A stretch of DNA of 64,000 nucleotides, from contig CAVQEQ010000001.1 of NCBI GenBank assembly GCA_963711565.1, forward strand, positions 1,216,001-1,280,000, read 5' to 3'. Every line of letters begins with the position of its first letter. Positions within the stretch are counted from its first letter, which is position 1. Of the stretch, positions 50,301-62,919 are shown piece by piece. The position numbers and the translations under genes were made by a program. The stretch comes from an uncultured delta proteobacterium. Lineage in GTDB: Bacteria; Desulfobacterota; Binatia; Binatales; Binataceae. A model generated the notes under the pieces. It had not been told where the DNA came from. It was given only the letters and a program-made list of their open reading frames with translations, and did not search any database.

Positions 50301-50527
50301 ATCGCGTTCTTTACGCCGTTGACCGACTGCTCGATCGGTACGCCCACCGTCTTGGCGACAGTTTCAGCGCTCGAGCCCGGATAGTTCGTGGTCACCTGGA
50401 TCGTCGGCGGCACGATTGGCGGATACTGTGAGACGGGCAAGGAGTAGAGACAAACAAACCCGAGCAGTACGATCACTACCGCGAAGACGTTCGCGAGGAC
50501 CGGCCGCTCGATAAAGAACTTCGACAT
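47324..50527 (-). CDS. RND efflux permease (HAE1/AcrB-like)
   Basis: MSKFFIERP, GIVVDDAIVIVEN, AKNAILIVEFA, RFRPILMTS. Confidence 0.96.
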   Translation of the reverse strand: MSKFFIERPVLANVFAVVIVLLGFVCLYSLPVSQYPPIVPPTIQVTTNYPGSSAETVAKTVGVPIEQSVNGVKNAIYMQSTSGSDGSYTLTVSFTIGTDLDTSLALVQNAVNGSLSELPAPVKDQGVNVKEVTTNILLMESLYSDDNRFDETFLSNYATINLVNPIARIPGVGQVKVIGAGAYSMRIWLDPNKLKTFGLTVLDVQNSIQSQNNQVASGQIGGPPVPSNQVFQFTVNTQGRLSDPKEFENIIIKSRLAPTLAGQTVNSAQPSETASIVRLKDVAKIEMSQQQFTLFSNLSGKKAGHIAIYALPGANSLQVASAVRALMAKMSSTFPEGLKYTPLYDTTVFIGQAIHAVYVTLGEAGILVLIVIVIFLQNFRAMLVPATTVPVTIIGAFAAMALLGFSVNLMTLFALILAIGIVVDDAIVIVENCTHYIEEGLSPKDSAIKAMGELTGPVLGVTLVLTSVFLPASFLPGITGQMFRQFALVIASTALISAANALTLKPTQCALYLRPRPKDYKPNWFYSEFNRGFAAVEDRYIGLVSWMVARPFTMVAGFFAVLFLVGFAFSIYPTSLLPLEDQGYCIISAELPEGSAQPRVREVSDRINAILKESPGIKGWVTMGGFSALDSANVSNYVTVFCIYDDWSKRPAGLTQAGIIKHIQEKVQSIRTASFDVMPPSPIPGLGTAFGFQMVVEDRASNGLRELQKATHVLLDRAQSVDGFLRLGFTTFSDNSPQIYLNIDRTMAESLGVPVNDVSETLQTYLGSTYVNQFNKFNQAFQVRVQAEADSRRALADIQNLDVMNKEGQMVPLGALLSVRRMLGSELVTRYNLYPAAILTGIPMPSYSSGQALSMMANFADETLPAGMSYEWTGLAYQEEQTGSQAYFIFALSITLVYLVLAAQYESWTDPIAVILVVPTALIGILVALVIRKFPVDLYTQIGLVLMIALAAKNAILIVEFARDLAAQGMGTMEAAVEATRRRFRPILMTSIAFILGVVPLLTATGAGAASQQSLGTVVFGGMLASTLLAIPFVPVFFVSVRHIFGPLSAPAVAPGAPRQGPAVPSN

Positions 50528-50536
50528 TGGCTAGCC

Positions 50537-51733
50537 TTAGTGACTACTCGCTGCCTGGCCGGCGTCCTGTGCGGTGCCCTGCGATTGCAGTTCGGGATTG
50601 ACTTCGCGGCCTGGAATAGCTTGCAGCAGCCCCTCGGTAACAACTCGATCCTGCGGACTCAGGCCTTCATCAATCACGTACTGTTGACCGATCTGAGTAC
50701 CGGTTTTTACGCTTTTGCGCCGAACGATGTTCTGGCTATCTACAACCAGGACGTACTCACCCTGTTCATCGAAGCTCACGGCAGTGGCCGGGATCAGCAG
50801 AGCAGGATGCTTCTCGGGCGCGACCACCCTGACCCGCACGAACAAGCCGGGAACTATGAACGACCCCGGATTGGGAAAGATGCCTCGCAACTGCAGTGTG
50901 CCCGTGGTCGGCGCGACGCTGAGCGAAGCGAAATCGAGTTTCCCTTGATGCGGATAGCCTTCCTCATCCGTAAGGCCGAAGTAGAACGGGATCGGCTGCG
51001 ACGGGAGTTCGCCGCCGGAGGGTTCTTTCATGCGCCGGCGAATCTTGAGCAGTTCGGTCTCAGCAACCGTGAAATAGACGTACATGGGATCGACGCGGTT
51101 GATCTCGGCTAGCTGTATGTTGGTGCCAGCGCCGACCAGGTTGCCGGGATTTACCAGGTGACGTCCCATCCGGCCATCAAAAGGGGCGCGCACTTCAGTG
51201 TAACTGAGGTTCAGCCGGTCAAGACTGGTCTGTGCCTGGGCACTGGAGAGACCGGCAGCCGCGGCCGCCCGCTCGTACTGCCAGTGATCCACTTCCGTTT
51301 GCGTGGCAGCGCCCTGCTTTTCAAGGCCCTTGTAGCGCGCCAGCTCAGTGGTCGAATGGAATAGTGCTGCCTTCTGCGTCGCGACCTGCGCCAGTGCCTG
51401 TTGTAACTGATCTTTGTACTGTTGCTGTTGAATCGTGAACAGCAGGTCGCCCTTCTTAACCAGCGCCCCGTCGGTAAAGTGGACCTTGTCCAGATAACCT
51501 TCCACCCGCGCGACCAGCGTCACAGAATCCACCGCTACCGTGTTGCCGGTAAAGTCGAGGTGATCCGCTACGTCCTGTGTAACCGGAGTCGCGACCGTAA
51601 CGGTGGGAGGCGTGATGGCTGGGCCGGTCTTCTTTCCGCATGCGGAAATTGCAATCGCCGCCGCCATCAATAAGGCACAATTTCGCAATCGACACGTCCG
51701 CAAAGTATTCAAGCTATTCAATGAACTGGTCAC
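50537..51733 (-). CDS. RND membrane fusion protein
   Basis: Lipobox ISAC; ARVEGYL, YTEVRAPFDG, PGLFVRVR. Confidence 0.94.
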   Translation of the reverse strand: MTSSLNSLNTLRTCRLRNCALLMAAAIAISACGKKTGPAITPPTVTVATPVTQDVADHLDFTGNTVAVDSVTLVARVEGYLDKVHFTDGALVKKGDLLFTIQQQQYKDQLQQALAQVATQKAALFHSTTELARYKGLEKQGAATQTEVDHWQYERAAAAAGLSSAQAQTSLDRLNLSYTEVRAPFDGRMGRHLVNPGNLVGAGTNIQLAEINRVDPMYVYFTVAETELLKIRRRMKEPSGGELPSQPIPFYFGLTDEEGYPHQGKLDFASLSVAPTTGTLQLRGIFPNPGSFIVPGLFVRVRVVAPEKHPALLIPATAVSFDEQGEYVLVVDSQNIVRRKSVKTGTQIGQQYVIDEGLSPQDRVVTEGLLQAIPGREVNPELQSQGTAQDAGQAASSH

Positions 51734-51740
51734 CGGGTTC

Positions 51741-53359
51741 TCACCATTCGGGCGGCCGGATCAGGGAGCCCTCGTCCTTGGGTGACGGCACCCCTGGCGC
51801 GCGTGGCTGCAGGAGTTCGGGCGAAAGCAGGGTTCCCCAATTTGTGCGATTCGCCATCGTGGCCTGCACCTCTCGCGGCACAAAATCATTGCCTTCCCGA
51901 ATCTGCCAACCGCCACCGAGCGCGCGATATGTCGCGATCAATGCCTGCGGAACGTCTCCCATCTCGATCGCGAGGCTGTTCTGCGCCTGGTAGAGGTTCT
52001 GCTCCGCCGTCAGCACGGTCGTGAAATCCAGGATGCCCTGGTTGTACTGGATCATCGCGATGTTCAAAGCCCCCTCCGCCGCAATCACGCTTTTCTGGAG
52101 AAAATCGACGGCAAGCCGCGAGTCCACAAACGCGATGATTCCGTTCTCGACCTCCTGCTGAGCCGTCAGCACCTGATTCTGATAGGTGATCTGAAGCTCC
52201 TGAAATTTCGCGTCCTGCACGCGAACGTTGTTGGTGATCTGCCCATAGTTGAGGATATTCCATTGCACGTTGGGACCGACATTCCACGTCAAGCTGCTTC
52301 CTGTGAAGACGCTTGCCAGAGTGCCTCCTGATATCGTTGCCGCCACCGTCGAGATACTACCCGTTAAGTTGAAGGCGGGCAGCAGATCGGCCTTGACGAA
52401 ACCTATCTGCGCGCATTGGGCGGCGGCCTGCAGTTCTGCCTTGCGAAGATCCGGTCGGCGCAGGAGCAGGTCCGCCGGGATACCCACCGCGACCTTGTCC
52501 GGCGCAGTGGGAATCTCCGAACTACCCGCCAGGTATTGGTCCAATGTTCCCGGCGGCATCCCCAGCAGCACCGACACTGCGTTCTTGGTCTGTTGCAGTT
52601 GAAGATCCAACTGCGGGATCGATGCTTGCGTCGTATCAAGAACGTTCTCCGACTGATAGACGTCTCGCTTGGTCGCCGCGCCGCCGCGATACTTTGCGAG
52701 CGCGATCTTGTATGCATCTCGTTGCCGCACCACGTTGTCGCGCGCAATCATGATCTGCTTTTCGATTGTGCGGATTTGTACATAGTCACTGGCAACGTCG
52801 CCGGTCAGCGTCACCAGCACATCGTCATAGTCGGCTACCGAGGCCAAAAACGAGTAGTCGGCCGTCTCGATTCCGCGCGCAACTTTCCCCATACGTCCAG
52901 TTCCCAACCGGCTTGTGCGCCGAATGAATCCGACCAGTAAGTGTTGCTGAGCAGATGGTACGGCACCGAAATAGGAAGCCGGTTGTAGCTGACCGACGCT
53001 CCCACCGACTGCTGTTGCGGGAAGAATTCACCGATAGCCACGCCCAGTTGCGCACGGGCTTCGAGCACGCGCACACCGGCAGTCATCAGGGTCAGGTTCT
53101 GCCGATACGCTACGTCGATTAGCCGCGTCAGCACTGGATCGTTAAATACCGACCACCAATCCCGATACTCCTGTCGTCCCGTATCGACCGACGCCTTCCC
53201 GCCCTCCATCCAAACTTTGGCGACGGGCGTGGGTGGCGGTTTGTAGTCCGGACCAATCATGCAGGCGCCGGCAACCGCGCTGAGCCCGAGCGCCATCAGC
53301 CGAACCAAACCGACAAGTCTTATTGGTTCGCGGTGCTTAGGCAGTGAATTCTTCAGCAT
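51741..53359 (-). pseudogene. NodT/TolC-family outer membrane factor with one frameshift near 52880
   Basis: N-part GACMIGPDY...WELDVWGK and C-part LLLRRPDLRKAE...YRALGGGW lie in different frames. Confidence 0.85.
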
Positions 53360-53727
53360 CCAGATGATCCAGGCAGGACATCAGGACAACCAGTGCGAGG
53401 GGGCAAGGAGCAGTAGGCCGGAATTTCTTTTTTGGCTTTCAAAGCTCGATTCCTGCCATTCACCAATCTCAGTGTCAAGTCGCGACCTCCGTGACGATCG
53501 CGGCAGGCTCCGGGATTCGCGGGTTATCAAAGTTCGAGCCGTTCGACCGCCCGGCGCACGCTCACTCGTGTGCCGACCAGAAACTCGGGCGCACGGCAGA
53601 GACACAGGTGGCCGCATCGGCCGGTCCATAGGAACGGATCCATTTTTTCGCGTCCGCGTCGTTGTAATTGCCCGGCGTTGGAGCGCAGAGTGCGCGAAGC
53701 AGAGTTGAATGCCGAGTTGAAAACAAA

Positions 53728-56700
53728 ATGACGCTTGTCATCTTGATAGCTTTCGGAATTCCGATCTGGTTAATTGCCCGCGCCGTTAAAGCAAGGAATC
53801 GCCTGGAGGAAGTTTCCCATCGGCTCGACGCGCTCGAATCCGAAGTTGCTCGACTAAAACGTGAGAAGGAATCGCCCCCGACTGTGGTCGAGCCTTCCGC
53901 TCTCGGTCCTTGGGCTGAGTCAGACTCAGCGCGCACCGCACAACCGACGACTGTCACTCCCGCTCCTTCTGTCACGCCGCCAGCAGCAATCGCTGCTGCT
54001 CCCCAGCCGGTCTTTGCGCCTCCACCACCGCCGACCATCACGTCGCCGCCCGTTTCCAAGCCGCCGCCCCTGCCGATTCCGAAAATCAATTGGGAACAAT
54101 TCATGGGGGTGAAAGGGTTTGCGTGGATTGGCGGACTCGCGCTGTTTCTCGGCGTCGCATTTTTCGTCAAATACTCATTCGACAACAATCTCGTCCCGCC
54201 CGAACTGCGCGTGGCGATCGGCTTCCTCGCCGGTCTCGGCCTGCTCGTCGGCGGCGTGGTGATGTCGCGCAAAAATTTCCCCGCTCTTTCGCAAACCTTG
54301 TGCGCGACCGGCGTTGTCATTCTCTACGCCGTCACGTTCGCCTGCCGTTCGATTTATCATTTCGAATTCTTCGGGCCGATTCCGACGTTTCTGCTGATGG
54401 CGCTCATCACGACCACGGCTTTCCTTCTGGCCGTCCGGCTCAACGCCCTCGTCGTCGCCATTCTTGGAATGCTGGGTGGTTTCCTCACGCCCGATTTTGC
54501 TTTCGACCGGCCAGGACAATCCGCTCGGACTTTTCGGCTACATCGCCATCCTCGACGCTGGACTGATTGTCGTCGCGTTGCAACCGACGCTGGTATTTTC
54601 TCACCGCGCTCGCCGCGCTCGGCACTGCCATCATGCAGATCGGCTGGGCGGCAAATTTTTCGTCAGCGAAAAATATTTTGAAGGAAACAAGATTTTCGTC
54701 GCGCTTGGCGTGCTGCTTGGCTTCAACGCGCTTTGGCTCGCGGCGAACTGGTGGGCGAAAGGCAGCCGCCGATACAAGATCCTAATCCTGGATGGCTTCG
54801 CGGCTGGCTCTCGGCGCACTTGGCCTGGTGGCCGTCGCGCTCGCGTTCACCGCGTGGTTTCTGGATTTCGCATCCGCTCGCGCAACGCCCGTGGTTGATG
54901 TTCGGTTTTGTTTTTCTCATTGATCTTGTCGCCATTGCGCTCGTGCTGACTCGATGAAACAATCTGCCGTCGCCCAATCGATTTCCGGCTTCGCCGTTTT
55001 TGGCATTGCTCGCATTTTGGACGGAAGAATCCCTGTCCGAACGAATACTCAACGCCGCGCTGGCGTTTTATTTCATCTTCGCCGTTGTCCATTCGGCTTT
55101 GCCCGCGTTGCTCGCAGCGCCGGCGCGGCGTGACAACCCAAACATGGGCGAATCACATCTTTCCCGATTTTTGCGCTGGCGCTGGTGCTCGTGCCGGTTT
55201 TCAAGCTCGCGGAAGTCTCGTTCATCGTCTGGCCGTTTATTTTGCTGGTGGATTTGCTGGCCATCGCGCTCGCCGTGCTGACGGCCACGTTGTTGCCGGT
55301 GCTGGCGGTGCTGTTGCTCACGCTCGCCGCGACCGGCGCGCTCATTTTCAAAATTCCGTCCGATCTCACCGGCCTGCCCGTTTCATTTTTCCTGCTCGGC
55401 GCATTCGTCGTTTTCTTCGTCGCCGCCGGCATTTGGCTCGTGAAAAAATTCAAGCCCGATGCGCTGAAAACCGGGATCAAATTTGGCAACGACCTTGCCG
55501 CGCCGGGGGATTTGGCTGCGATTCTGCCGGCGTGCTCCATCGTGCTGCCGTTCCTGCTGCTCATCATGGCGACGCTGCGATTGCCGCTTGATAAATCCGT
55601 CGCCGGTTTTCGGCCTCGCGCTGCTGCTGGTCGTGTTGTTGCTTGGCGTCACAAAATTATTTTCGCTCGACTGGATGCCCGCCGTCGGCCTCGCCTGCGT
55701 GACCGCCCTCGAATGCGCGTGGCATTTCAGCCATTTCGATCCCGCGAATCCGAGCCAGCCGCTGAATCTGGTCTTGGCGTGGTATTTGATTTTCTTCGCC
55801 GTGTTCGCGCTGTTTCCGTTTTTATTTTTGAGACAATTTTCCGGCAAAGTTGTTCCGTGGGCGGCGGCGGCAATGGCCGGGCCGCCGCAATTTTTTCTCA
55901 TCCATCGTTTCGTATCCGCCGTTTATCCGAACCAAATGATGGGCTTGCTGCCCGCTGCGTTTGCGATTCCCGGATTGTTGAGCCTGGTCGCCGTCCTGAA
56001 AAACATTCCCGCCGAAAACAAATCGCGCATGGCGCAACTCGCGTGGTTCGGCGGCGTGGCGTTGTTTTTCATCACGCTGATTTTCCCGATCCAGTTCGAC
56101 CGGCAATGGATCACCATCGGCTGGGCGCTGGAAGGCGTGGCGTTGCTGTGGCTGTTCCATCGCGTGCCGCATCCGGGTTTGCGGCTGACCGGCGTCGGCC
56201 TGCTCATCGCCGCGTTCATCCGGCTCGCGTTCAATCCCGCCGTGCTGGAATACCATCCGCGCGCCGCCATCGCCGATTTTCAACTGGTATCTCTACGCCT
56301 ACGGCATCGTGACGATTTGTCTGTTCGCCGGGACAAGGCTGCTCGCGCCGCCGCGCAACCTCGATTTTGAAATCAAATGTTCCGCCGATTCTTGCCGGAC
56401 TGCGGCACGGTGCTGGCTTTCTTGTTGTTGAACATCGAAATCGCCGATTATTTCAGCGCGCCGGGCTCGACGCTCACCTTTGAGTTCGGCGGCAATTTTG
56501 CGCGCGACATGACCTATTCCATCGCATGGGCGTTGTTCGCGCTCGGCGTTGCTCGTTTATGGCATTCGTCAAAAAAATTCCCGCCGCGCGCTATGCCGCG
56601 ATGGGCTTGTTGTGCGTGACGCTGCTGAAACTTTTCTTCCACGACCTCGCGCAACTCGGCCAGCTTTATCGCATCGGCGCGTTCATCGGCGTGGCGGTCA

Positions 56701-56786
56701 TTGCGATGCTCGCGTCGTTCGCGTATCAAAAGTTTTTCGCGGCCGGCAACAATCAGAAAGAATCAAAAGATGAAACGCCTCAATAA
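53728..56786 (+). pseudogene. DUF2339-like large membrane protein with multiple frameshifts
   Basis: NWEQFMGVKGFAWIGGLALFLGVAFFVKYSF; C-terminal KLFFHDLAQLGQLYRIGAFIG; fragments spread over all + frames. Confidence 0.8.
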
Positions 56787-58768
56787 TTTTCCGGCAGCTT
56801 GCTCTGCATTTTCGCGCTGCCTGTCGGCGTTTCAGCCATCGCCGCGAATCTGCCGTCCGACTGGCAGCACGAGCAATCGTTTGACGTTTCCACAACCGGC
56901 CTTGTGAAAATCAGTCTGCCGGTTGAAACACTCGATGCCGCGCGTCCTGCGCTCGAAGATTTGCGGCTCTACGACGACGCGGGAAATGAAGTGCCGTATT
57001 TGATCGAACGTCCCATGCCGGCCGCAGAAGGTCGTGCAAGCGGCAAAATCATTTCAAGTTTCGCTCAACGCAAACACGACAGTCATCACGCTCGAAACGG
57101 GACTGGCGCAGCCGCTCGATAGCCGTCACGCTCGAAACTCCGGCGATGGATTTTATCAAAGCCGTGCGCGTTGAAAGTTCCGACGACGGCAACCGCTGGC
57201 AAACACTCGCGCAAGGCCAGCCGATTTTTCGCCAGCCCGACGGCGCAAGTCATTTGCAAATTTCCTTTCCGCCAAGCTCTTCAAAATGGCTCCGCCTTAC
57301 CGTGGATGACGAGCGTTCGCCGCCGGTCCCGTTCACCGGCGCGCTCGTCCATGCGGCCACTGGCGAGCCTGCGCCTGGAGAATTGATCCCGGCAACGATC
57401 TCCGAGCGTGACGAAAATCCCGGCGAAACGCGGCTGGCGCTGAACCTCGGCGCGGCAAATTTGAGTGTCGCTTCCGTCCAAATTGAAACCTCCGAACCGC
57501 TTTTCATGCGCCAGGTTTCAATCGCCGTTCCTAAATGTCCGAAGACTCCATCAGCGAACAAACCATCGGGCAAGGTACCGTTTATCGCGTCGCTGTCGAA
57601 GGCCAGACGCCGTCTGAAAATCTTTCCGTGCCGCTGGACAATCTGGTGCGCTCACGCGAATTGTTTGTTCTCATAAAAAACGGCAACAGCCCGCCGCTGC
57701 CGATTTCTGCCGTGCGCGTGGAGCGGCGTCCGGTTTATCTGGTTTTCCTCGCGCGGCAAGCGGGCGCATATCATTTGCTCACCGGCAACGCTCATTGCGA
57801 TGCGCCACGATACGATTTGGCCGCGCTGGGCATGAATCTCAAAGACGTGGCCGTTTCTCCAATTCAAATCTCGCCGCCTTCGAACAACCCGGATTTTCGC
57901 GCAGCCGGAGGTTTTGCCTGGTCTTGAAGTAACCGGCGCGGCGCTCGACGTTTCGGATTGGAAATTTCGCAAGCCGGTGAAAATTTCCAGCGGCGCTGGA
58001 GCGCAACAAATCGAACTCGATCTGGAAGTGCTCGCTCACGCGAGGCCGGGCTTCGCGGATTTGCGCGTGTTGCATGGCAGCAACCAGGTGCCTTACATCA
58101 TCCAGCGCACCTCCATCAACCGCGCGCTCACGCCGACCGTCACCGCGACGAAGGACGAGAAAGATCCAAAGTTGAGCCGCTGGATCATCAAACTTCCCCA
58201 GAGCGGTTTGCCGATCACACGACTGACTTGCGTTACCCGAACGCCGCTGTTTGAACGCTCGGTGTCGCTTTACGAAGAACTCACGGATGAGCGAGGTGAC
58301 AAATATCGCCGGGTCCTAGGCGGCGCGACCTGGACGCAAACTCCGGAACGGCAGTCGAAAGATTTCACGCTGACGCTGGACGGCCCGGTACAGAGCGACA
58401 CGATATTTCTCGAAACGGATAACGGCGACAATCCGCCCATCGAACTGGAAAAGTTCGTCGTCTTTTATCCGGCCACGCGAATCTTGTTCAAAGCAAACCC
58501 AGGCGACGAACTGTTTCTCTACTACGGCAACCCGCAAGTAGCGCCGCCAAGTTATGATTTGAGCCTCGTCGCCGAACAATTGCTGTCGGCTGAAAAAAAT
58601 GACGCATCGCTCTTAGCTGAAGAACAACTCAAAGGCTCTTCCTGGTATAAAAATCAGATGCCAAGTCAGGGCGGCGTACTCCTATGGGGAATCCTCGCGT
58701 TGGTGGTCGTCGTATTACTCTTCATCATTTCACGCCTGCTGCCGAATTCGCAGCCACCCGCGTCGTAA
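56770..58768 (+). pseudogene. DUF3999-like exported protein with multiple frameshifts
   Basis: DLRLYDDAGNEVPY, DNGDNPPI, LYYGNPQVAPPSYDL, C-terminal TM; usual partner of DUF2339. Confidence 0.75.
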
Positions 58769-58876
58769 GAATCCCAGTAGAGCATCGCCGCCGTTCATGC
58801 TCATGCGGATCCGACCTTCTGCACAGTCGGCACAATCGCTGCTCTACCTTGAACGAGAAGTTTAGGTCCATGCGGC

Positions 58877-59698
58877 TTAAGCAACTCGGCCATGGTCGGG
58901 TCGTCCGCGCTCAAACCGATATCGGCTCCAGACCTTAATCGCCCGGAAAACGAAGTAATCGACAGGCTCAACGACTGGTTCAAGCGCTGCAGTCGCGGCG
59001 TGTTTCCGAAGAGCCTCAAGCCCTCTCTGAAAATGGGAGTCGTTCAATTGAGCCAGGATCGAGTCCGCGCGGAGAGCGAGGCGCTCCGCATAATCAGACC
59101 AGTCTCTAGCGGCTTCACTTTGAATAAGCTCATGCCGCATCGGCTCGAAACCGGCTGTCACGAACGTCAACTCGATAACCGCCCGCCGATTCAGGCTCCT
59201 TTCGAGCATATCTCGGGTTTCGGGGAAGAACGGGACGAAGGCGTAATTGTCAATCTGTTCAATCGTGCCCGCTCGCAGACAGGCGACGCGATCACGCCGC
59301 AACACTCGGCGGCATTCTCGTATCGCCGCGGCAGCGTCTCTGAAATGGTGGAAAACCATCGACAAGAAGACCATCTCTACGGTTTCGTTGGCCAATGGGA
59401 GCGATTCTCCGGAAGCACGGACGAGCGATACCCGGCTACTAGATTTCCTCTTCGCTTCCGAAAGCATTTTCTCCGATGGTTCTATTCCGATGACGTGCGC
59501 GTTCAATCAACTCGAGAGCCCAGCCGAATAGCGACCCGTTCCGCAGCCAAGGTCCAATATAACTCTGACCGATGCGTTTCCGAGCGAGTCGGCGAGGACC
59601 TCCAGCCACCGGCCGAGTTGCTCAGGACTATAACTCCGACCACGATCGTAACCGGCGGCCATATTCGTTTTGTCGTAATCCACTCTGCTGACTGCCAA
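58877..59698 (-). pseudogene. Class I SAM methyltransferase with frameshift near 59505
   Basis: ILDLGCGTGRY in 59507-59698; VIGIEPSEKML...MVFHHF in 58877-59506. Confidence 0.8.
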
Positions 59699-60007
59699 AT
59701 AACAACTATAAGCGGGGCACTCCAGGGAAATGGTCCGCTACTTGCTGATGATCCGTCCGTCGCCGGCACGAATTATGGCGAACCGCATCGGATGGAACAG
59801 CGACTCACCTCTGTCAGCGTCAGAATGCAAGATCGTCGAAGTCTTCTTGTGCTCCTTTGACGATCCTGGCGTACTCTCGATATTCAGGACGTAATTCAGC
59901 CGTTAACTCAGAGAATGTCTTCAGAGTAGCATCTTTCGATGCGACGAGAGGCGGTGTCGATTATCAGAACGGGATAGAATTATTCCCGAGGGGAGTTGGA
60001 GGTAATC

Positions 60008-62044
60008 ATGAACAATAGAGGTTCCCAGCTCACAAAGATCGCGCTTGCCTTGTCTCTGTGTATCGCGATCCTCGCGGGTCCGAGCCTGTCGACCTTGCGC
60101 ACATCGCCGATTTCAACCTCGGCGGCCTGGAGGTCAGTCCTTCAAGGCGCCAGGTAGTACGCGGGGATGATCGCGAAACGCTGGAGCCCCGGGTGATGCA
60201 GGTTCTGGTGGCCCTCTGGCAGGCGAATGGACAGGTCGTTTCCCGCGACGATCTGATCGCCCGTTGCTGGGAAGGCCGGATCGTGGGCGAAAGCGCCATC
60301 AACCGGGTCACGTCCCTGTTGCGCAAATTGTCCGAGAGCAATGGTGGCGTCGACTTCAGCATCGAAACGATTCCGCGGGTCGGCTATCGGCTGACGGCTG
60401 GGTCTGAAGTCGGGCCACTTGGCCGCCGATCCGAAACGGAGATTGAGGCGGCGTGGCCGATGCTTCGGCGGCGCTGGGCGACTTCGCGCGCTTCATGGGC
60501 CGTTATGGGCGTCGTTCTCGCTACCGGGGCAGGTCTTTGGCTCTCGCACGATCGGTTGCCCTGGATGCCCGGCCCCGGGAAGCCCGGGTCGCCGTACTGC
60601 CATTCGACATCATCGGTCCGGGAAAGGAATTGCACGGCCTCGCCGACGGCCTGCTCGACGAAATCGTCGGCCAGTTATCGGATAGCCAGATACAGGTGGT
60701 TTCCCCGGCGAGAGCAAGACTCTGCGCGGCAAGGATCCCGAGGCAATCGACCGGTTGGGCGCCGACATGGTGCTCGATGGCACAGTGCAAGGCGATGGAA
60801 AGGCCATCGACGTTCGCATCCATCTCAATGACGTCCGCGAGCATGTGGTTCTCTGGTCCGGCGAATTCCATGGGTCTGCCGACGCAACCGAGACACTTGA
60901 GGCAAGCGTCGCCGCCCAGGCCGCCGATGTCCTCTATTGGGCCAGGACCGGGCGGTCCGGAAAGGTGAAGCTAGATGCGGCAACTTTTGCTGCCTTCATC
61001 GCCGGCCGCGAGGGCACGACCGGGGTGCGCAATACCGGCGACGGCGTGGATTTGGCCGACTATCGCAAGGTCGTTGCCGCGGCGCCGGACTTTTCGTGGG
61101 GCCACTCCGGGGTCGCGGCAATGGAAGGGTTTGAGTTGCGGGAATCTAGCCGGCATTGTACGCCGGCAACGATGCCCTGCGCGCCGATGCGCGGTTGGAG
61201 GCAAAACGAGCCCTGGCGCTGGATCCCCACAATGGAGAGGCCTGGATGGCGCTGGAGTTGTCCGCGCCGCTACGCGATTGGCAGGGACGGGAGGCATTAC
61301 TGCTTCATGGCATCGCCGCCGATCCGAATTTCGAGCCGATCGCGATGATGGAAGGCCGCCTGCTCTGGGCTGTCGGTCGCGGACAGGGACGCGCTGTTTG
61401 GCTCCGACGCGCGCACGATATCGATCCCCTTTTTAACGGCGCGACCTGGTCGCTGGCTATAAACCTGGCGTCGGAGGGCCGTCTGGCGGAAAGCCGCGCG
61501 ATTGTCGCACGGATGGAGCTTCAATGGCCCGATCATGGCGCTACCAAGGATGCGCGCTTCTGGACGAATGTCCTCGCAGGCGCGACAGACGACGCCCTGG
61601 CTCTGCTGGCCGATCCCCCACACGCCCCCCCGAAATGGATCAGAAGTCGGCCGACGCCTGGCGCGCGGCGCTGAAGGCCAGTGCCTCGAAGGATCCAGCG
61701 GCCAAGACCGGTGCCATTAGAGAGGTAATGGATGCGGCCAACGCCGGTTCACTCGAGCCCGGTCAGGCGCTGACGCTTCTGGCGATGCTGGGCGATCTCG
61801 ATGGCGCCTTTGCCCAGGCACAGCTTTACGAACCGCTCGACTTTCTGCGCCGCCCTATCTGTTCCTGTCGACGACCGCGGCCATGCGTTCCGATCCGAGG
61901 TTCATTCCCCTGGCGCGCAAGCTCGGCCTGGTCGCCTACTGGCGCGCCACCGGCCAATGGCCGGACTTTTGCAACGAGCCGGGCCTGCCTTATGACTGCC
62001 GCGTCGAGGCGACCAAGGTTGTCGCCCAATTACGCCGCCCCTGA
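60008..62044 (+). pseudogene. CadC-like winged-HTH / TolB-N / TPR regulator with multiple frameshifts
   Basis: LEPRVMQVLVAL...VSRDDLIARCWEG...IETIPRVGYRL; VAVLPFD; C-terminus YWRATGQWPDFC. Confidence 0.8.
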
Positions 62045-62170
62045 ATACGCCAGAGGTCTGTTGAGATCGACCAGCGGCGGCCGGCCCGAATGCCGGCTTT
62101 GGGTTAAAAGCAGTCATTCGGCCTGTATTAATTGCGGGCAGTCTAGGCGTAGCACCACGTTAACGGTCGT

Positions 62171-62482
62171 ATGAGAACGTCGGCGCCTCATCTGTTTGGG
62201 CCCGCAAGCATGGAGTTCCTGGTTGCTATCCTGGCCTCATGCTTCGACCCGATCCGCCTCGGCCTAGCGGTCGCAGTCGGATGCCTATTCTACGCGGAAA
62301 TGCCCAAACTGGCATGGGGCATTTTTCTCTTTGTTCTGCCAGGTGTGGCCGCGCTTGCAGTGAGAAATGGTCACGGACTGTTATTCGATTCGGTAGCGCA
62401 ATTCATTGCTGCGGGCTTGGTAGTGCTGGCTATTTACTGGTTCCTGGAATTCCGTAAGGCTCGTTCGAGCCGCAAGGTCTAG
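62171..62482 (+). CDS. Small membrane protein
   Basis: Hydrophobic segments and a basic tail. Confidence 0.5.
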   Translation: MRTSAPHLFGPASMEFLVAILASCFDPIRLGLAVAVGCLFYAEMPKLAWGIFLFVLPGVAALAVRNGHGLLFDSVAQFIAAGLVVLAIYWFLEFRKARSSRKV

Positions 62483-62585
62483 CTCCCAACAGTCTAATTT
62501 TAGAGACCACCCACGAGCGAGACTGTTAGGCCAGCCCGAGAAAAAATGAATGACGGCCTAGCGTGTTGATGATAGTATTTTCGAC

Positions 62586-62807
62586 ATGCTCCAATTCACT
62601 CGCAATACGGCTGCCTCCCTTGCTACGGAGGGGCACATATTCTGCGCAGGAACGCTCGCTCAGTGCCTACACCGCTGGAATAAACTGCCGCCTGAAAAGA
62701 AGGCATTAGCGTTCTTAAAGATGGGACGCGATGGGGTCGCGCCCACTATTTTGCGGGGCGAGCAAGTTGCCGAACTCGCCGGTAATCCAGAGCTGCTACG
62801 AGCCTAA
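62586..62807 (+). CDS. Hypothetical protein
   Basis: 73-aa ORF. Confidence 0.45.
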   Translation: MLQFTRNTAASLATEGHIFCAGTLAQCLHRWNKLPPEKKALAFLKMGRDGVAPTILRGEQVAELAGNPELLRA

Positions 62808-62919
62808 GCTGCTAATTGGATGCGCGGTCTGGCAATAATTGCTGTCAAGCACGGCGATTTCAGATCGCTTCGAATGTTAATAACCATTGGCGGCCGCTTT
62901 GCACCAATAGCGGACATCC

